Positions 37,707 to 46,625 are shown, numbered from the stretch's first letter. The stretch: DNA of 64,000 bases from Planctomycetota bacterium (GCA_046306335.1 JBKDXM010000150.1:30641-94640); one strand, 5' to 3'. Made by a program: numbers and translations. The notes: generated from the sequence alone by a model not told the origin.

Positions 37707-39398
37707 ATGGCGCCGCGTCGACTGCTCGGCCAGATCCTCAAGGAGCTCGGCCTGATCCACGAGGGCATCGTCCAGGAAGCGCTGCAGGTGCAGCGCGAGA
37801 AGGGCGGCCGCATCGGCGAGATCCTGATCGAACTCGGCCACATCGGCCCCGCTGACCTCATGCGAGCGCTGGCGTCGCAGGCCGGCATCGGCTTCCACGA
37901 CCTCGCCGCGGCGCCGCCGCAGGCGGAGGCGCTGGCGAAGGTCGACCTCGCGACGGCGCGCGCGTTCAGCGCCGTGCCGGTCAGCCTGCGCGGCAAGGTG
38001 CTGGAGGTCGCGGTCGCCGACGCATCCGCGGTGGCGATGCTGCAGGACCTCGCGTTCACGACCGGCTGCGAGATCAAGGGCGTGCTCGCCGACGCGGCGC
38101 TGCTGCAGCAGGCGCTCGACAAGCACTACCGCGAGGACGCCGCCGACGGCAAGCAGCGGCTGAAGGAGCTGGTGCAGGAACTGCAGCAGCAGGGCGGCAA
38201 GATCGACCTCGAGGACAAGGCGGCCATGGCCGCGGCCGCGCCGGTCGTGAAGCTGCTGAACTACATCCTCTACCAGGCGATCCGCGACAAGGCGTCCGAC
38301 ATCCACCTGGAGCCGTTCGAGGGCGACTTCAAGATCCGCTACCGCGTCGACGGCTCGCTGTTCGAGCTGGAGGCGCCGCCTCCGCACCTCGCCGAGGCGC
38401 TGATCGCGCGCGTCAAGGTGATGAGCGACCTCGACATCGCCGAGACCCGGCTGCCGCAGGACGGCCGTATCGAGCTGACTGTCGGCGGCCGTTCGGTCGA
38501 CCTGCGCGTGTCGACGCTGCCGACGATGTACGGCGAGTCGACGGTCATGCGCATCCTCGACCGCTCCAACGTCTCGCTGAGCCTCGACAACCTCGGCCTC
38601 GTGCCGTCGGTGCGCGAGCACCTGCGCCGCTTCGTCGACCTGCCGCACGGCATCGTCCTGGTGACCGGCCCGACCGGCTCGGGCAAGACGACGACGCTGT
38701 ACGCGATGCTGAACGAGGCCAACAAGGAGGACACCAAGGTCATCACCGTCGAGGACCCGGTCGAGTACGACCTCGAGGGCATCGTGCAGGTGCCGGTCAA
38801 CGAGGAGATCGGCGTCGGCTACGCCTCGGTGCTGCGCACGATCCTGCGCCAGGACCCGGACGTCATCCTGGTGGGCGAGATCCGCGACCGCGAGACGGCG
38901 CAGACCGCGATCGAGGCGAGCCTCACCGGCCACCTCGTGTTCAGCACGCTGCACACCAACGACGCCGCGTCCGCCGTCACCCGCCTCGTCGACATCGGCA
39001 TCGAGCCGTTCCTGCTGACCGCGACGGTGCAGGGCATCCTGGCGCAGCGGCTCGTGCGCCGCGTCTGCCGCGACTGCAAGACCTTCTACGAGCCAGCCGA
39101 CGACGTGCTGCGCCGGCTCGGCCTCGCCGCCGAGCAGGTCGTCGGCAAGAAGTTCGCCTATGGCAAGGGCTGTGCGACCTGCAACTTCACCGGTTACCGC
39201 GGCCGCATGGCGATCACCGAGATCCTCGACATCGACGACCGCATGCGCGAGCTCATCCTGCAGGGCGCGTCGACCGCGACGCTGCAGGCCGCGGCCGTCG
39301 AGAACGGCCTGATCGCGTTGCGCGAGAACGGCCTCAACGCCATCTTCGACGGCCACACGTCCGCCGAGGAAGTGCTGCGCGAGACGATCGCGCTCTGA
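37707..39398 (+). CDS. pilB: GspE/PilB-family assembly ATPase (copy 2) with MshEN-type N-terminus
   Basis: LLGQIL..LG.I...ALQVQ and [11 protein letters not shown]....[14 protein letters not shown], Walker A/B, His box, two CxxC. Confidence 0.9.
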   Translation: MAPRRLLGQILKELGLIHEGIVQEALQVQREKGGRIGEILIELGHIGPADLMRALASQAGIGFHDLAAAPPQAEALAKVDLATARAFSAVPVSLRGKVLEVAVADASAVAMLQDLAFTTGCEIKGVLADAALLQQALDKHYREDAADGKQRLKELVQELQQQGGKIDLEDKAAMAAAAPVVKLLNYILYQAIRDKASDIHLEPFEGDFKIRYRVDGSLFELEAPPPHLAEALIARVKVMSDLDIAETRLPQDGRIELTVGGRSVDLRVSTLPTMYGESTVMRILDRSNVSLSLDNLGLVPSVREHLRRFVDLPHGIVLVTGPTGSGKTTTLYAMLNEANKEDTKVITVEDPVEYDLEGIVQVPVNEEIGVGYASVLRTILRQDPDVILVGEIRDRETAQTAIEASLTGHLVFSTLHTNDAASAVTRLVDIGIEPFLLTATVQGILAQRLVRRVCRDCKTFYEPADDVLRRLGLAAEQVVGKKFAYGKGCATCNFTGYRGRMAITEILDIDDRMRELILQGASTATLQAAAVENGLIALRENGLNAIFDGHTSAEEVLRETIAL

Positions 39399-39466
39399 CG
39401 CCGGATGGCGGCGCTGCCGCCGGACCGGCATTGCCCGCGCCTTCGGCCGTGGGCTACAACCTCGGC

Positions 39467-40036
39467 ATGTCCGCCGAGCCGACCAGCCCCTTCCAGCAGC
39501 ACGTCGCCGCCATGTTGACGGCGCTCGATCCGGACCCGGCGCGCGAGGGCCTGCGCGACACCCCGCGCCGCGTCGAGAAGGCCTTCCAGCACTACACCGC
39601 CGGCTATGCCCAGGACCCGCGGCAGGTGATCGGTGACGCCCTGTTCGAGGCCGAGACCGACGAGATGGTCGTGGTCAAGGACATCGAGCTGTACTCGCTG
39701 TGCGAGCACCACCTCGCGCCGTTCTTCGGCAAGGCGCACGTCGCCTACATCCCGCAGAAGCGCATCGTCGGCCTGTCCAAGATCGCCCGCGTCGTCGACG
39801 TGTTCTCGCGCCGCCTGCAGGTGCAGGAGCGGCTGACCGCGCAGGTGGCGCAGGCGCTGCACGACGTGCTGCAGCCCAAGGGGGTGGGGGTGGTCGTCGA
39901 GGCCAACCACCTGTGCATGATGATGCGGGGCGTCGAGAAGCAGAACAGCAAGACGGTCACGTCCTGCCTGCTGGGGTTGTTCCGCTCCGACGAACGCACG
40001 CGGTCGGAGTTCCTCAGTCTCGTGCGCGGCGGCTGA
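39467..40036 (+). CDS. folE: GTP cyclohydrolase I
   Basis: [45 protein letters not shown]. Confidence 0.97.
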   Translation: MSAEPTSPFQQHVAAMLTALDPDPAREGLRDTPRRVEKAFQHYTAGYAQDPRQVIGDALFEAETDEMVVVKDIELYSLCEHHLAPFFGKAHVAYIPQKRIVGLSKIARVVDVFSRRLQVQERLTAQVAQALHDVLQPKGVGVVVEANHLCMMMRGVEKQNSKTVTSCLLGLFRSDERTRSEFLSLVRGG

Positions 40037-40257
40037 CCGCGGTGCCGCTGACCGCGGTGCCGCTGACCGCGATGCCACTGACCGCGGTGCCACTGACCGC
40101 GGTGCCACTGACCGCGATGCCACTGACCGCGATGCCGCTGCCCGCGATGCCGCTGCCCGCGATGCCGCTGCCCGCGATGCCGCTGCCCGCGATGCCGCTG
40201 CCCGCGATGCCGCTGCCCGCGATGCCGCTGCCCGCGATGCCGCAGCCCCCGATGCCA
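40033..40257. repeat. 15-bp tandem array, 15 units, consensus CTG(A/C)CCGCG(A/G)TGCC(A/G)
   Basis: 225 bp = 15 x 15. Units 1-7 start CTGACC, units 8-14 are identical CTGCCCGCGATGCCG, and unit 15 is degenerate. Unit 1 contains the folE stop codon. Confidence 0.97.
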
Positions 40258-40287
40258 GCGCAGGCTGGTGGAACTGGTGCGTGGAAG

Positions 40288-40364
40288 TGGTAGCAGGAGC
40301 CGGACTTGAACCGGCGACCTACGGCTTATGAAGCCGCCGCTCTAACCAGCTGAGCTATCCTGCC
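40288..40364 (-). tRNA. tRNA-Met(CAT), probably elongator
   Basis: Minus strand GGCAGGATAGCTCAGCTGGTTAGAGCGGCGGCTTCATAAGCCGTAGGTCGCCGGTTCAAGTCCGGCTCCTGCTACCA: 77 nt with D-arm, CAT anticodon, TTCAA T-loop and encoded CCA. It lacks the initiator C1:A72 mismatch and the three G-C anticodon-stem pairs. Ile2 is not fully excluded. Confidence 0.95.
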
Positions 40365-40481
40365 GTGCCACGAAGGGGCGGAGAAGAAAGCAGATGCCGC
40401 GGGCCAACTCAAGTGGAAACAGCCGCTGCCCCGTGCGGCGGCGCAGCGACCGCGGTGAATCACCCAAAACTGCATCTGACC

Positions 40482-40507
40482 TGTAACTTTCGCGAAGACC
40501 GTTCGTA
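40482..40507 (+). promoter_or_regulatory. Putative ECF sigma-type promoter
   Basis: TGTAAC (40482-40487)-N16-CGTA (40504-40507) matches the AAC-N16-CGT pattern of SigW/SigX-like ECF promoters, in a comparatively AT-rich intergenic stretch. Confidence 0.55.
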
Positions 40508-40512
40508 GATGA

Positions 40513-40659
40513 GACTGGCGGGTGGCATGGACCCGCCAAACGAGACGAGGTGGGCTCCCTGGCTGGATTCTTCCCCCTGGGAAGGCCGGTTCCCCTCACC
40601 TGGCCGCCGCAACGAACCGCATTCGAACCGTACCCCCCGGCCAGGGAGCCCTTTTTTTT
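40513..40659 (+). ncRNA. Candidate structured small RNA or attenuator-type leader
   Basis: Hairpin TGGCGGGT/ACCCGCCA (40516-40538). A 15-bp stem GGGCTCCCTGGCTGG (40552-40566) / CCGGCCAGGGAGCCC (40637-40651) encloses two small hairpins and is followed by T8 (40652-40659). Confidence 0.45.
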
Positions 40660-40721
40660 CGCCGCGACGGCGCGGCACGTGTCACACCGGCAAGGTGCTC
40701 GTCGCAGATGCCAGTAGCGGT

Positions 40722-40781
40722 GGCATCGACAGCACCGGCACTGGCAACTCCGGCACCGACAGCATCGGCACCGGGACCACC
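40722..40781. repeat. Degenerate 15-bp tandem repeat, 4 units starting GGCAY
   Basis: ggcatcgacagcacc / ggcactggcaactcc / ggcaccgacagcatc / ggcaccgggaccacc. Confidence 0.65.
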
Positions 40782-41000
40782 GAGGTCTGCGGCCGCGGTG
40801 CCGACGGCAACTGTGGGGCGCTGCGCCGCATCCGCCAAAGTCCCGCCAGCCCTACGACCTCTGCGTGCGGGTCGGTCTCAAGGCTGCGGGTGCTTCGCCC
40901 GATGCGAGGCCTGCATCATGCGCTCCCTGCGGCCCACCCGAATGCCGTCGATCCTTCGCCGAGCCGCATGCGCGCGCCGGCCGCGGGCGAGGTGGGCACC

Positions 41001-41549
41001 GTGATCGCCGCCGAACCACCCGGCAAGCTCGCCATCGTCGTCGGCGTCGCCGACTGCGCGGTCGGTCGCGACGGCCAGGGCCGCCTCATCACGTACGCGC
41101 TGGGCTCGTGCATCGGCATCACGGCCTTCGACCCCGTCAGCCGGGTCGGCGGCCTGCTGCACTACATGCTGCCGCAGCCCGGCGAAGGCCTCGTCGGCGC
41201 GCCGGAGAAGCCGTGCGTCTACGCCAGCACCGGCGTGCCGCTCCTGCTCGAACGCCTCGAGCAGGCGGGGGCGCAGCGGTCGCGGTTGGTCGTCTGCGCG
41301 GCCGGCGGCGCCGAGATGCTCGAACCGGGCTCGGGCGCGGGCCTGTCGATCGGTCGCAAGAACCACGCGATCCTGCGCAAGGCGCTGTGGAAGTTCGGGG
41401 TCGCCCTGGTCGCCGAGGACGTCGGCGGCAAGTCGCCGCGCAACCTGTCGCTCGACCTGCGCACCGGCGCCGTCACCGTCCGCCGCGACGGCAGCGAGTC
41501 CACCCTGTGGGCGCCGGGCGTCTGCCCGGCACCCGCCAAGAAGCCATGA
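41001..41549 (+). CDS. cheD: Chemoreceptor glutamine deamidase CheD
   Basis: VGVAD, LITYALGSCIG, GGLLHYMLP, AGGAEM, IGRKN, AEDVGG. GAGGTGG SD before GTG41001. Confidence 0.9.
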   Translation: MIAAEPPGKLAIVVGVADCAVGRDGQGRLITYALGSCIGITAFDPVSRVGGLLHYMLPQPGEGLVGAPEKPCVYASTGVPLLLERLEQAGAQRSRLVVCAAGGAEMLEPGSGAGLSIGRKNHAILRKALWKFGVALVAEDVGGKSPRNLSLDLRTGAVTVRRDGSESTLWAPGVCPAPAKKP

Positions 41550-41926
41550 AGCAACGCATCCTCATCGTCGACGACTCCCCGCTGCTGCGGAAGACGGCGC
41601 GCCGCGCCGCCGTGCAGGCCGGCGCCGAGCCCGAGCGCATCCGCGAGGCCGGCAACGGCCGCGAAGCCCTCGCCGCGCTCGCCGCCGAGCCCGTGGACAT
41701 CGTCCTGCTCGACATCAACATGCCGGTGATGGACGGCTTCGAGTTCCTCGAGGCGCACGCGCGCGCGCCGTCGCCGTGCGCAGCGAAGATCGCGCTGGTC
41801 ACGACCGAGGGCAACAAGGAGCGGCTGGCCCGCGCCGAGCAGCTGGGCGTCGTCGACTACCTGCGCAAGCCGTTCGCGCCCGAGGAACTGCGCGCCCTGG
41901 TCACCAAGTGGTTCGAAGGCAGTTGA
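41546..41926 (+). CDS. Single-domain response regulator (CheY-like)
   Basis: ILIVDDS, EAGNG.EAL, LLDINMPVMDG, VTTEG, YLRKPF. ATGA overlap with cheD. Confidence 0.92.
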   Translation: MKQRILIVDDSPLLRKTARRAAVQAGAEPERIREAGNGREALAALAAEPVDIVLLDINMPVMDGFEFLEAHARAPSPCAAKIALVTTEGNKERLARAEQLGVVDYLRKPFAPEELRALVTKWFEGS

Positions 41927-41936
41927 GGATCCGACG

Positions 41937-42395
41937 ATGAACGCATTCGCCATCGACAGTTTCGCCGGCATCGTCTCGCACGCGCTCGAACGCATGGCCT
42001 TCGTCGTCGCCGAGCCGAGCGACGAACCCGCGGCGGCGGTGCTGCCGCTGTGCGTGGCCTGCGCCGCGATCCGGCTCGCCGGCTTCGGCGGCCATGACCT
42101 GACGGTCGCGGCCACCCCTGGCTTCGTACGCGAGTTCGCCTCGGGCATGCTCGGGGTCGACGCCGACGAGGTCGACGTCGCCGAGCACGCCGACGCGGCA
42201 GTCGCCGAACTGGCCAACGTGCTGGGTGGGGAACTGGTGATGCTGGCGACGGCGGGGGACGCGCCGGCGTCCCTCGGCATTCCGCAGTCGCTGCGGCTGG
42301 CCGAGGCTGCCGCGCTGCTCGATGCCGCGGCGGCCACGGGCTTCCAGGTCGTCCTGGCGAGCGACACCGGCAAGCTGCTCGTGATGGTGCGCTGA
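41937..42395 (+). CDS. CheX-like (CheC/CheX family) phosphatase
   Basis: LERMAF at the N-terminus, DAAVAELANVLGG (E-x-x-N motif), LGIP. Follows the CheY-like gene. Confidence 0.68.
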   Translation: MNAFAIDSFAGIVSHALERMAFVVAEPSDEPAAAVLPLCVACAAIRLAGFGGHDLTVAATPGFVREFASGMLGVDADEVDVAEHADAAVAELANVLGGELVMLATAGDAPASLGIPQSLRLAEAAALLDAAAATGFQVVLASDTGKLLVMVR

Positions 42396-42443
42396 CGCCG
42401 CGCGCGCTTGCGCCGACGCGGCGCATGCGCCAACGTGGCGTCG

Positions 42444-43688
42444 ATGGCGAAGGCGCTCGACTTGCTGCAAGCGCGCGACCGCGTGCTCGCGGCCGCTGCG
42501 GTCCTGTCCGGAACGGAGCTGGTCCCGCTGTCGGCGGCGCGGGGCCGCGCGCTCGCGGCGGACGTCCGCACCACCGGACCGTGGCCGGCGACGGATCGCT
42601 CGGCGATGGACGGCTTCGCGCTCGCCACGGCGGGGGCCGGGTCGACCGCCGGCGTCGAATTGCCTGTCGTTGGCGAGAGCCTCGCCGGTCGGCCCTTCGA
42701 TCGCGAACTGCGACCGGGCGAGGCGATCCGGATCATGACCGGCGCCGTCGTGCCGGCCGGTGCGGACACGGTCGTTCCGGTCGAGCAGACCAGCGGCTTC
42801 GGCGGCGCCGCGGCGCGCATCGTCGCGGCCGTGCGCGCTGGCGCGAACATCCGCCGTCTCGGCAGCGAATGCTCCGCCGACGCGGTCGTGCTGCCGGCCG
42901 GCAGCCTCGTGCGCGCCGCCGAGGTCGGCGTGCTGGCCGTGCTCGGCCACGCGGCGGTGCGCGTGCGCTGTCGGCCGCGCGTCGGCATCGTCGCGACCGG
43001 CGACGAGGTGGTGCCGATCGACGCCTTGCCGTTGCCGCACCAGGTGCGCGAGAGCAACAGTTGGGCGCTGGCCGCGCAGGTCGAGGAATGCGGTGGTGCG
43101 CCGACGCGCCTGGGCGTCGCGCCCGACGAGGCGGGCGCGCTGCGCGCGCTGCTGCAGCGCGGGCTGGCCGACAGCGACGTGCTGGTCACCATCGGCGGCA
43201 TCAGCAAGGGCACGCACGACCTCGTGCACGGCACGCTGCAGGAACTCGGCGTGCGGACCGAGTTCCACGGCCTCGACCTGAAGCCCGGCAAGCCGACGTA
43301 CTTCGGCGTCGTCGACGGCACCGACGGCCGGCGCAAGTGGGTGTTCGGTCTGCCCGGCAACCCGGCGTCGAGCTTCACCGTCTTCGACCTGCTGGTGCGG
43401 CCCCTGCTGTTCGCGCTGCAAGGCCGCGACGCCGGCGCGTGGTCGGCGCAGGCGGTCGCCGGCGGCGTGCCGTGGCAACCCAACAGCCGCTTGCAGGCGA
43501 TCCCGGCGCGCCTGCGCCTCGACGGCGAAGGCCGCGCCGTCGCCATCTTGTCGTCGCCGTCGCCGAGCGGCGATCCGTTCCGACTCGTCGACGGCGACGG
43601 TTACGTGCTGGTCGCCGGCCAGCAACCGCCCGCGGCGGGCGCGCTGGTGCGCTACGTCGGCGGCAGCGCCGGCGCGGGGTTGCCGTGA
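42444..43688 (+). CDS. moeA: Molybdopterin molybdotransferase MoeA
   Basis: GRALA.D, RSAMDGFA, IMTGAVVP.GAD.VV.VE, ATGDEV, GGISKG..D, KPGKP, GLPGNP.S. Confidence 0.95.
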   Translation: MAKALDLLQARDRVLAAAAVLSGTELVPLSAARGRALAADVRTTGPWPATDRSAMDGFALATAGAGSTAGVELPVVGESLAGRPFDRELRPGEAIRIMTGAVVPAGADTVVPVEQTSGFGGAAARIVAAVRAGANIRRLGSECSADAVVLPAGSLVRAAEVGVLAVLGHAAVRVRCRPRVGIVATGDEVVPIDALPLPHQVRESNSWALAAQVEECGGAPTRLGVAPDEAGALRALLQRGLADSDVLVTIGGISKGTHDLVHGTLQELGVRTEFHGLDLKPGKPTYFGVVDGTDGRRKWVFGLPGNPASSFTVFDLLVRPLLFALQGRDAGAWSAQAVAGGVPWQPNSRLQAIPARLRLDGEGRAVAILSSPSPSGDPFRLVDGDGYVLVAGQQPPAAGALVRYVGGSAGAGLP

Positions 43689-45268
43689 CCGGAGCGCGCC
43701 CGAACTGCGCCCTGCCGCTGTGCGCCGGCCTGCTGCTCGCCGTCGCCACGCCGTCGACGTGGTTGCCCGCGAGCGGGCCGGCGACCGTGTTCGCGCTCGC
43801 GGCGGTGTTCGCGGTGCTGCGCGACCCGCGCCGCCCGCTGTGGCACGGGTACCTGCTCGGTTGCGCCCACATGGCCGTGTTCTCGTGGTCGGTGCACCAC
43901 GTGCTGGTGTTCGCCTGGGCCATGATCGTGCTGCTCGGCGGCCTGTACACGCTCGCCGTGCACGCCGCCGTCCGGCGCCTCGCCGCGGCGTGGGCGCCGC
44001 TCGGCTTCGCCGTGGCGCTCGCCGGTTCGTGCTGGCTGCGCGCGCACATGCCCGACATCTGCTACCCGCACGGCCAGCCGGCGCAGTCGCTGTGGCACTG
44101 GCCGGCGCTGCTCGGCAGCGTCGTCGTCGGTGGCGAACCGCTCGCCAACGCGCTGCTCGGCTGGCTCGCCGCCGCGGCCGCGACGCTGGCGAGCGCGTGG
44201 CGGCACGGCGTACCGGCATGGGGGAGCGCGTGCCGCGGCGGCGGCGCCGCCGCCGCCGGGTTCGCCGCGCTGACGGCCGCGGGTTGGCTGCTCACGCCGC
44301 GCACGGACGGCGCGGCGCTCGACGTCGCGCTCGTCGAGCCGGGCTTCCACCTGATCCACGAACTCGACGCCGTGCCGTACGACCAGGCCCGCGCCCGCTT
44401 CGACGAACTGCTCGCCGAGCGCCTCGTCGCCCCGACGCGGGACCTGCTGGCGACCGCGCCGCCGGCGCTCGTGCTGTGGCCGGAGAGCAGCGTGTTCGCG
44501 ACGCTGCCCGTGGCGGACATCGCCACCGGCGAGGCGCGGCTCGTCGCCCTCGCCCGCCAGTTGCCGGCGACGTCGGCGCAGTTGGTCCTCGGCGTCAACG
44601 TGCGCCAGCGCGAGGGCGCGCCGCCGACGCCCGCCGCCGTGCAGGTCGAACTGCCGTCGGCGCGGGTCCTAGGTCACCAGGAGAAACGCTGCCTCGTGCC
44701 CGGCGGCGAGTTCCAGCCCGGCGTGCGCTGGTTGCCGGCGGCCGCGAGCGAGTGGCTGCTCAGCGTGTTCGCCGGCGCGCTCGGGTCGCTGCCGCAGTGC
44801 GAGCCGGGCCGCGAACTGCCGCCGCTGCGCACCGCGGGCGGCGTGCCGTTCGGAGCGCTGCTGTGTTACGACAACGCCTTTCCCGGGCCGGCGGCGGCGC
44901 AGGTGGCGCAGGGCGCGCGCCTGCTGTGCGTGCTCTCGAACGAGTCGTGGTACGAGGGCGGCGCCGAACTGCCGCAGCTGGTGGCGATGACCGTGCTGCG
45001 CGCGCTGGAGAACGCCACGCCGCTCGTGCGCTGCACGCAGGACGGCTGGAGCGCGGTGGTGGGCGGTGACGGGCGCGTGCTGGCGGCGCTGCCGCTGGCA
45101 CCAGCGCCGCAGCCGGCGGCCCGGACGCTGCGCGCGACCGTGCCCTTGGGTCCTGGCGCGCCGCCGCCGCTCGCCGGCCTGCGCGCCGCCACCGGGCCGC
45201 TCGCCGCGCTCGCCCTGCTCGCCCTGCTCGTCGCCGACCGCCGTCGGCGCCGGCCGGCCGTCCCCTGA
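43685..45268 (+). CDS. lnt: Apolipoprotein N-acyltransferase
   Basis: Multi-TM N-terminus and nitrilase triad motifs LWPES, K..LVPGGE and LCYD, plus SNESWY and RALEN. GTGA overlap with moeA. Confidence 0.88.
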   Translation: MTGARPNCALPLCAGLLLAVATPSTWLPASGPATVFALAAVFAVLRDPRRPLWHGYLLGCAHMAVFSWSVHHVLVFAWAMIVLLGGLYTLAVHAAVRRLAAAWAPLGFAVALAGSCWLRAHMPDICYPHGQPAQSLWHWPALLGSVVVGGEPLANALLGWLAAAAATLASAWRHGVPAWGSACRGGGAAAAGFAALTAAGWLLTPRTDGAALDVALVEPGFHLIHELDAVPYDQARARFDELLAERLVAPTRDLLATAPPALVLWPESSVFATLPVADIATGEARLVALARQLPATSAQLVLGVNVRQREGAPPTPAAVQVELPSARVLGHQEKRCLVPGGEFQPGVRWLPAAASEWLLSVFAGALGSLPQCEPGRELPPLRTAGGVPFGALLCYDNAFPGPAAAQVAQGARLLCVLSNESWYEGGAELPQLVAMTVLRALENATPLVRCTQDGWSAVVGGDGRVLAALPLAPAPQPAARTLRATVPLGPGAPPPLAGLRAATGPLAALALLALLVADRRRRRPAVP

Positions 45269-45332
45269 CCGGCCAAGCTGGGGGGGCGCCGCTCGCTCCG
45301 ATGGCCGCCGGACTTGGGTGCACAACTCGTTC

Positions 45333-45360
45333 TTGACGGTCCATGCCATGGGGCTAGGAT
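45333..45360 (+). promoter_or_regulatory. Putative sigma70 promoter
   Basis: TTGACG-N16-TAGGAT, about 200 nt upstream of the ATG at 45558. Confidence 0.55.
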
Positions 45361-45557
45361 TCGCCCCGCCCTAAGGCCCCTCTCGCTGCGGGGTGAAGCG
45401 TGCACGCGCCCTCCCCTGGCTGCGTCAACGCGCTCCGGCACTCGTTCGTCCCACACCTTCCCCTCAGAACCGCCCATCCTCCGGGCATCCGAACTGCGCG
45501 CGGGCTCGCCTCGCGAACCCCGAGCGCAGACCGACCGTCAGGAGTTACCTGGTCATC

Positions 45558-46424
45558 ATGAGTCCCATCGGCCGCGTCTTCATCGTCCTCAATCTCCTGC
45601 TCGCCGGCGGCTTCGTCGTCGTCTCCGGCACGCACTTGCAGAAGCAGCACAACTGGAAGTCGATCAGCGAGAGCGAGAAGAAGGGTCGCGCCGACGACGC
45701 CACCAAGTTCGCGGCTGAGAAGAGTCGGCTCGAGAGCGAGCGCAACACCTTCGAGAACGCCAAGACGGCGAACGAGACGCAACTCGGCGAGGCCAAGCGC
45801 GCCAACGCCCTGCTCGAGGACGAGAAGAAGCGCATGAGCCAGCAATTGTCGTCGATCGAAGGCGACACGAAGAAGCTGCTGGCGTCGGCGGAGAGCGCCA
45901 ACGCCGAGGCGAAGGCCGCGTTCACCCAGTCGAAGGCCGCCTACGACATGGCGATCGCCGACCAGAAGGCGAAGGACGACGCCGTGCGCGCGAAGGACGC
46001 CGCCGAGGCCGAGAACCGCAACCTGAAGACCGAGATCGCCGACCTGAAGTCGACCATCGCGACCCGCGATGGCTCGATCCAGGGCTTGGAGACCGAGAAG
46101 AGCCAGTTGTCGCTGCTGGTGAAGGTCGCCGAGGCCAACGGCTTCCTGCGCTCGATGGCCGCCCCGAACCTCTCGGGCCTGGTCACGACGGCCGCCGGCA
46201 ATCTGGTGACGATCCAGATCACCGACAACCCGGGCAACGTCGACATCAAGGCGGAGATCGAGCGCGCCAAGTGGGGCTTCGCGATCTACGACGCCTCGGG
46301 CTACAAGGGCGAGGCCTACCCGGAGCGCTACGAGGCTTCGGCGAACGCGATCCTCTGCAAGGTCGGCCTGCTGAAGGGCGGCGCGATCCGCGAGGGCGAC
46401 AAGGCCGCGACGAAGACGCCGTGA
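45558..46424 (+). CDS. Hypothetical membrane-anchored coiled-coil protein
   Basis: N-terminal TM (IGRVFIVLNLLLAGGFVVV), a long E/K/A-rich heptad region and a small C-terminal beta-rich domain. Strong GC3 bias and AGGAG SD. Confidence 0.8.
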   Translation: MSPIGRVFIVLNLLLAGGFVVVSGTHLQKQHNWKSISESEKKGRADDATKFAAEKSRLESERNTFENAKTANETQLGEAKRANALLEDEKKRMSQQLSSIEGDTKKLLASAESANAEAKAAFTQSKAAYDMAIADQKAKDDAVRAKDAAEAENRNLKTEIADLKSTIATRDGSIQGLETEKSQLSLLVKVAEANGFLRSMAAPNLSGLVTTAAGNLVTIQITDNPGNVDIKAEIERAKWGFAIYDASGYKGEAYPERYEASANAILCKVGLLKGGAIREGDKAATKTP

Positions 46425-46472
46425 ACTGACGGCGAGTCCCCGCGACCCCACACCCAACCGGAGCACATTCCC

Positions 46473-46625
46473 ATGGCCAAGAAAGCAGCCCCTGCGAGCG
46501 AAGCCGCCGTCGAAGCGGTCGGCAAGCCGGGCCTCGGCATCGACGAGGGCATCATCCTGACGACCTCGTTCCTGCTGGCGCTCGCGATCACGCTCGTGGT
46601 GATCGCCACGAACGCCTACGCCTGA
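46473..46625 (+). CDS. Small 50-aa membrane protein (absent from ORF track)
   Basis: MAKKAAPASEAAVEAVGKPGLGIDEGIILTTSFLLALAITLVVIATNAYA*. GGAG SD at 46461, almost all codons end in G/C, one C-terminal TM, hairpin downstream at about 46669-46701. Confidence 0.78.
   Translation: MAKKAAPASEAAVEAVGKPGLGIDEGIILTTSFLLALAITLVVIATNAYA

Noticed and set aside
40033-40257. Tandem array considered as a CRISPR or as a coding (PLTAM/PLPAM)n peptide (ORF 39700-40293)
   Set aside because: There are no unique spacers or cas genes. The ORF overlaps folE out of frame and has no independent start signal.
40260-40364. tRNA as an integration site for a genomic island
   Set aside because: I saw no integrase, no duplicated tRNA 3' end and no compositional shift, and the flanking genes are housekeeping.
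40509-41000. 164-codon N-terminal extension of CheD in the ORF track
   Set aside because: It runs through a terminator-like T8 and low-complexity repeats with atypical codon usage. A good SD precedes GTG41001.
42444-45268. moeA-lnt translational coupling as a functional link
   Set aside because: Both are ordinary housekeeping genes, and nothing in the sequence suggests a shared pathway.
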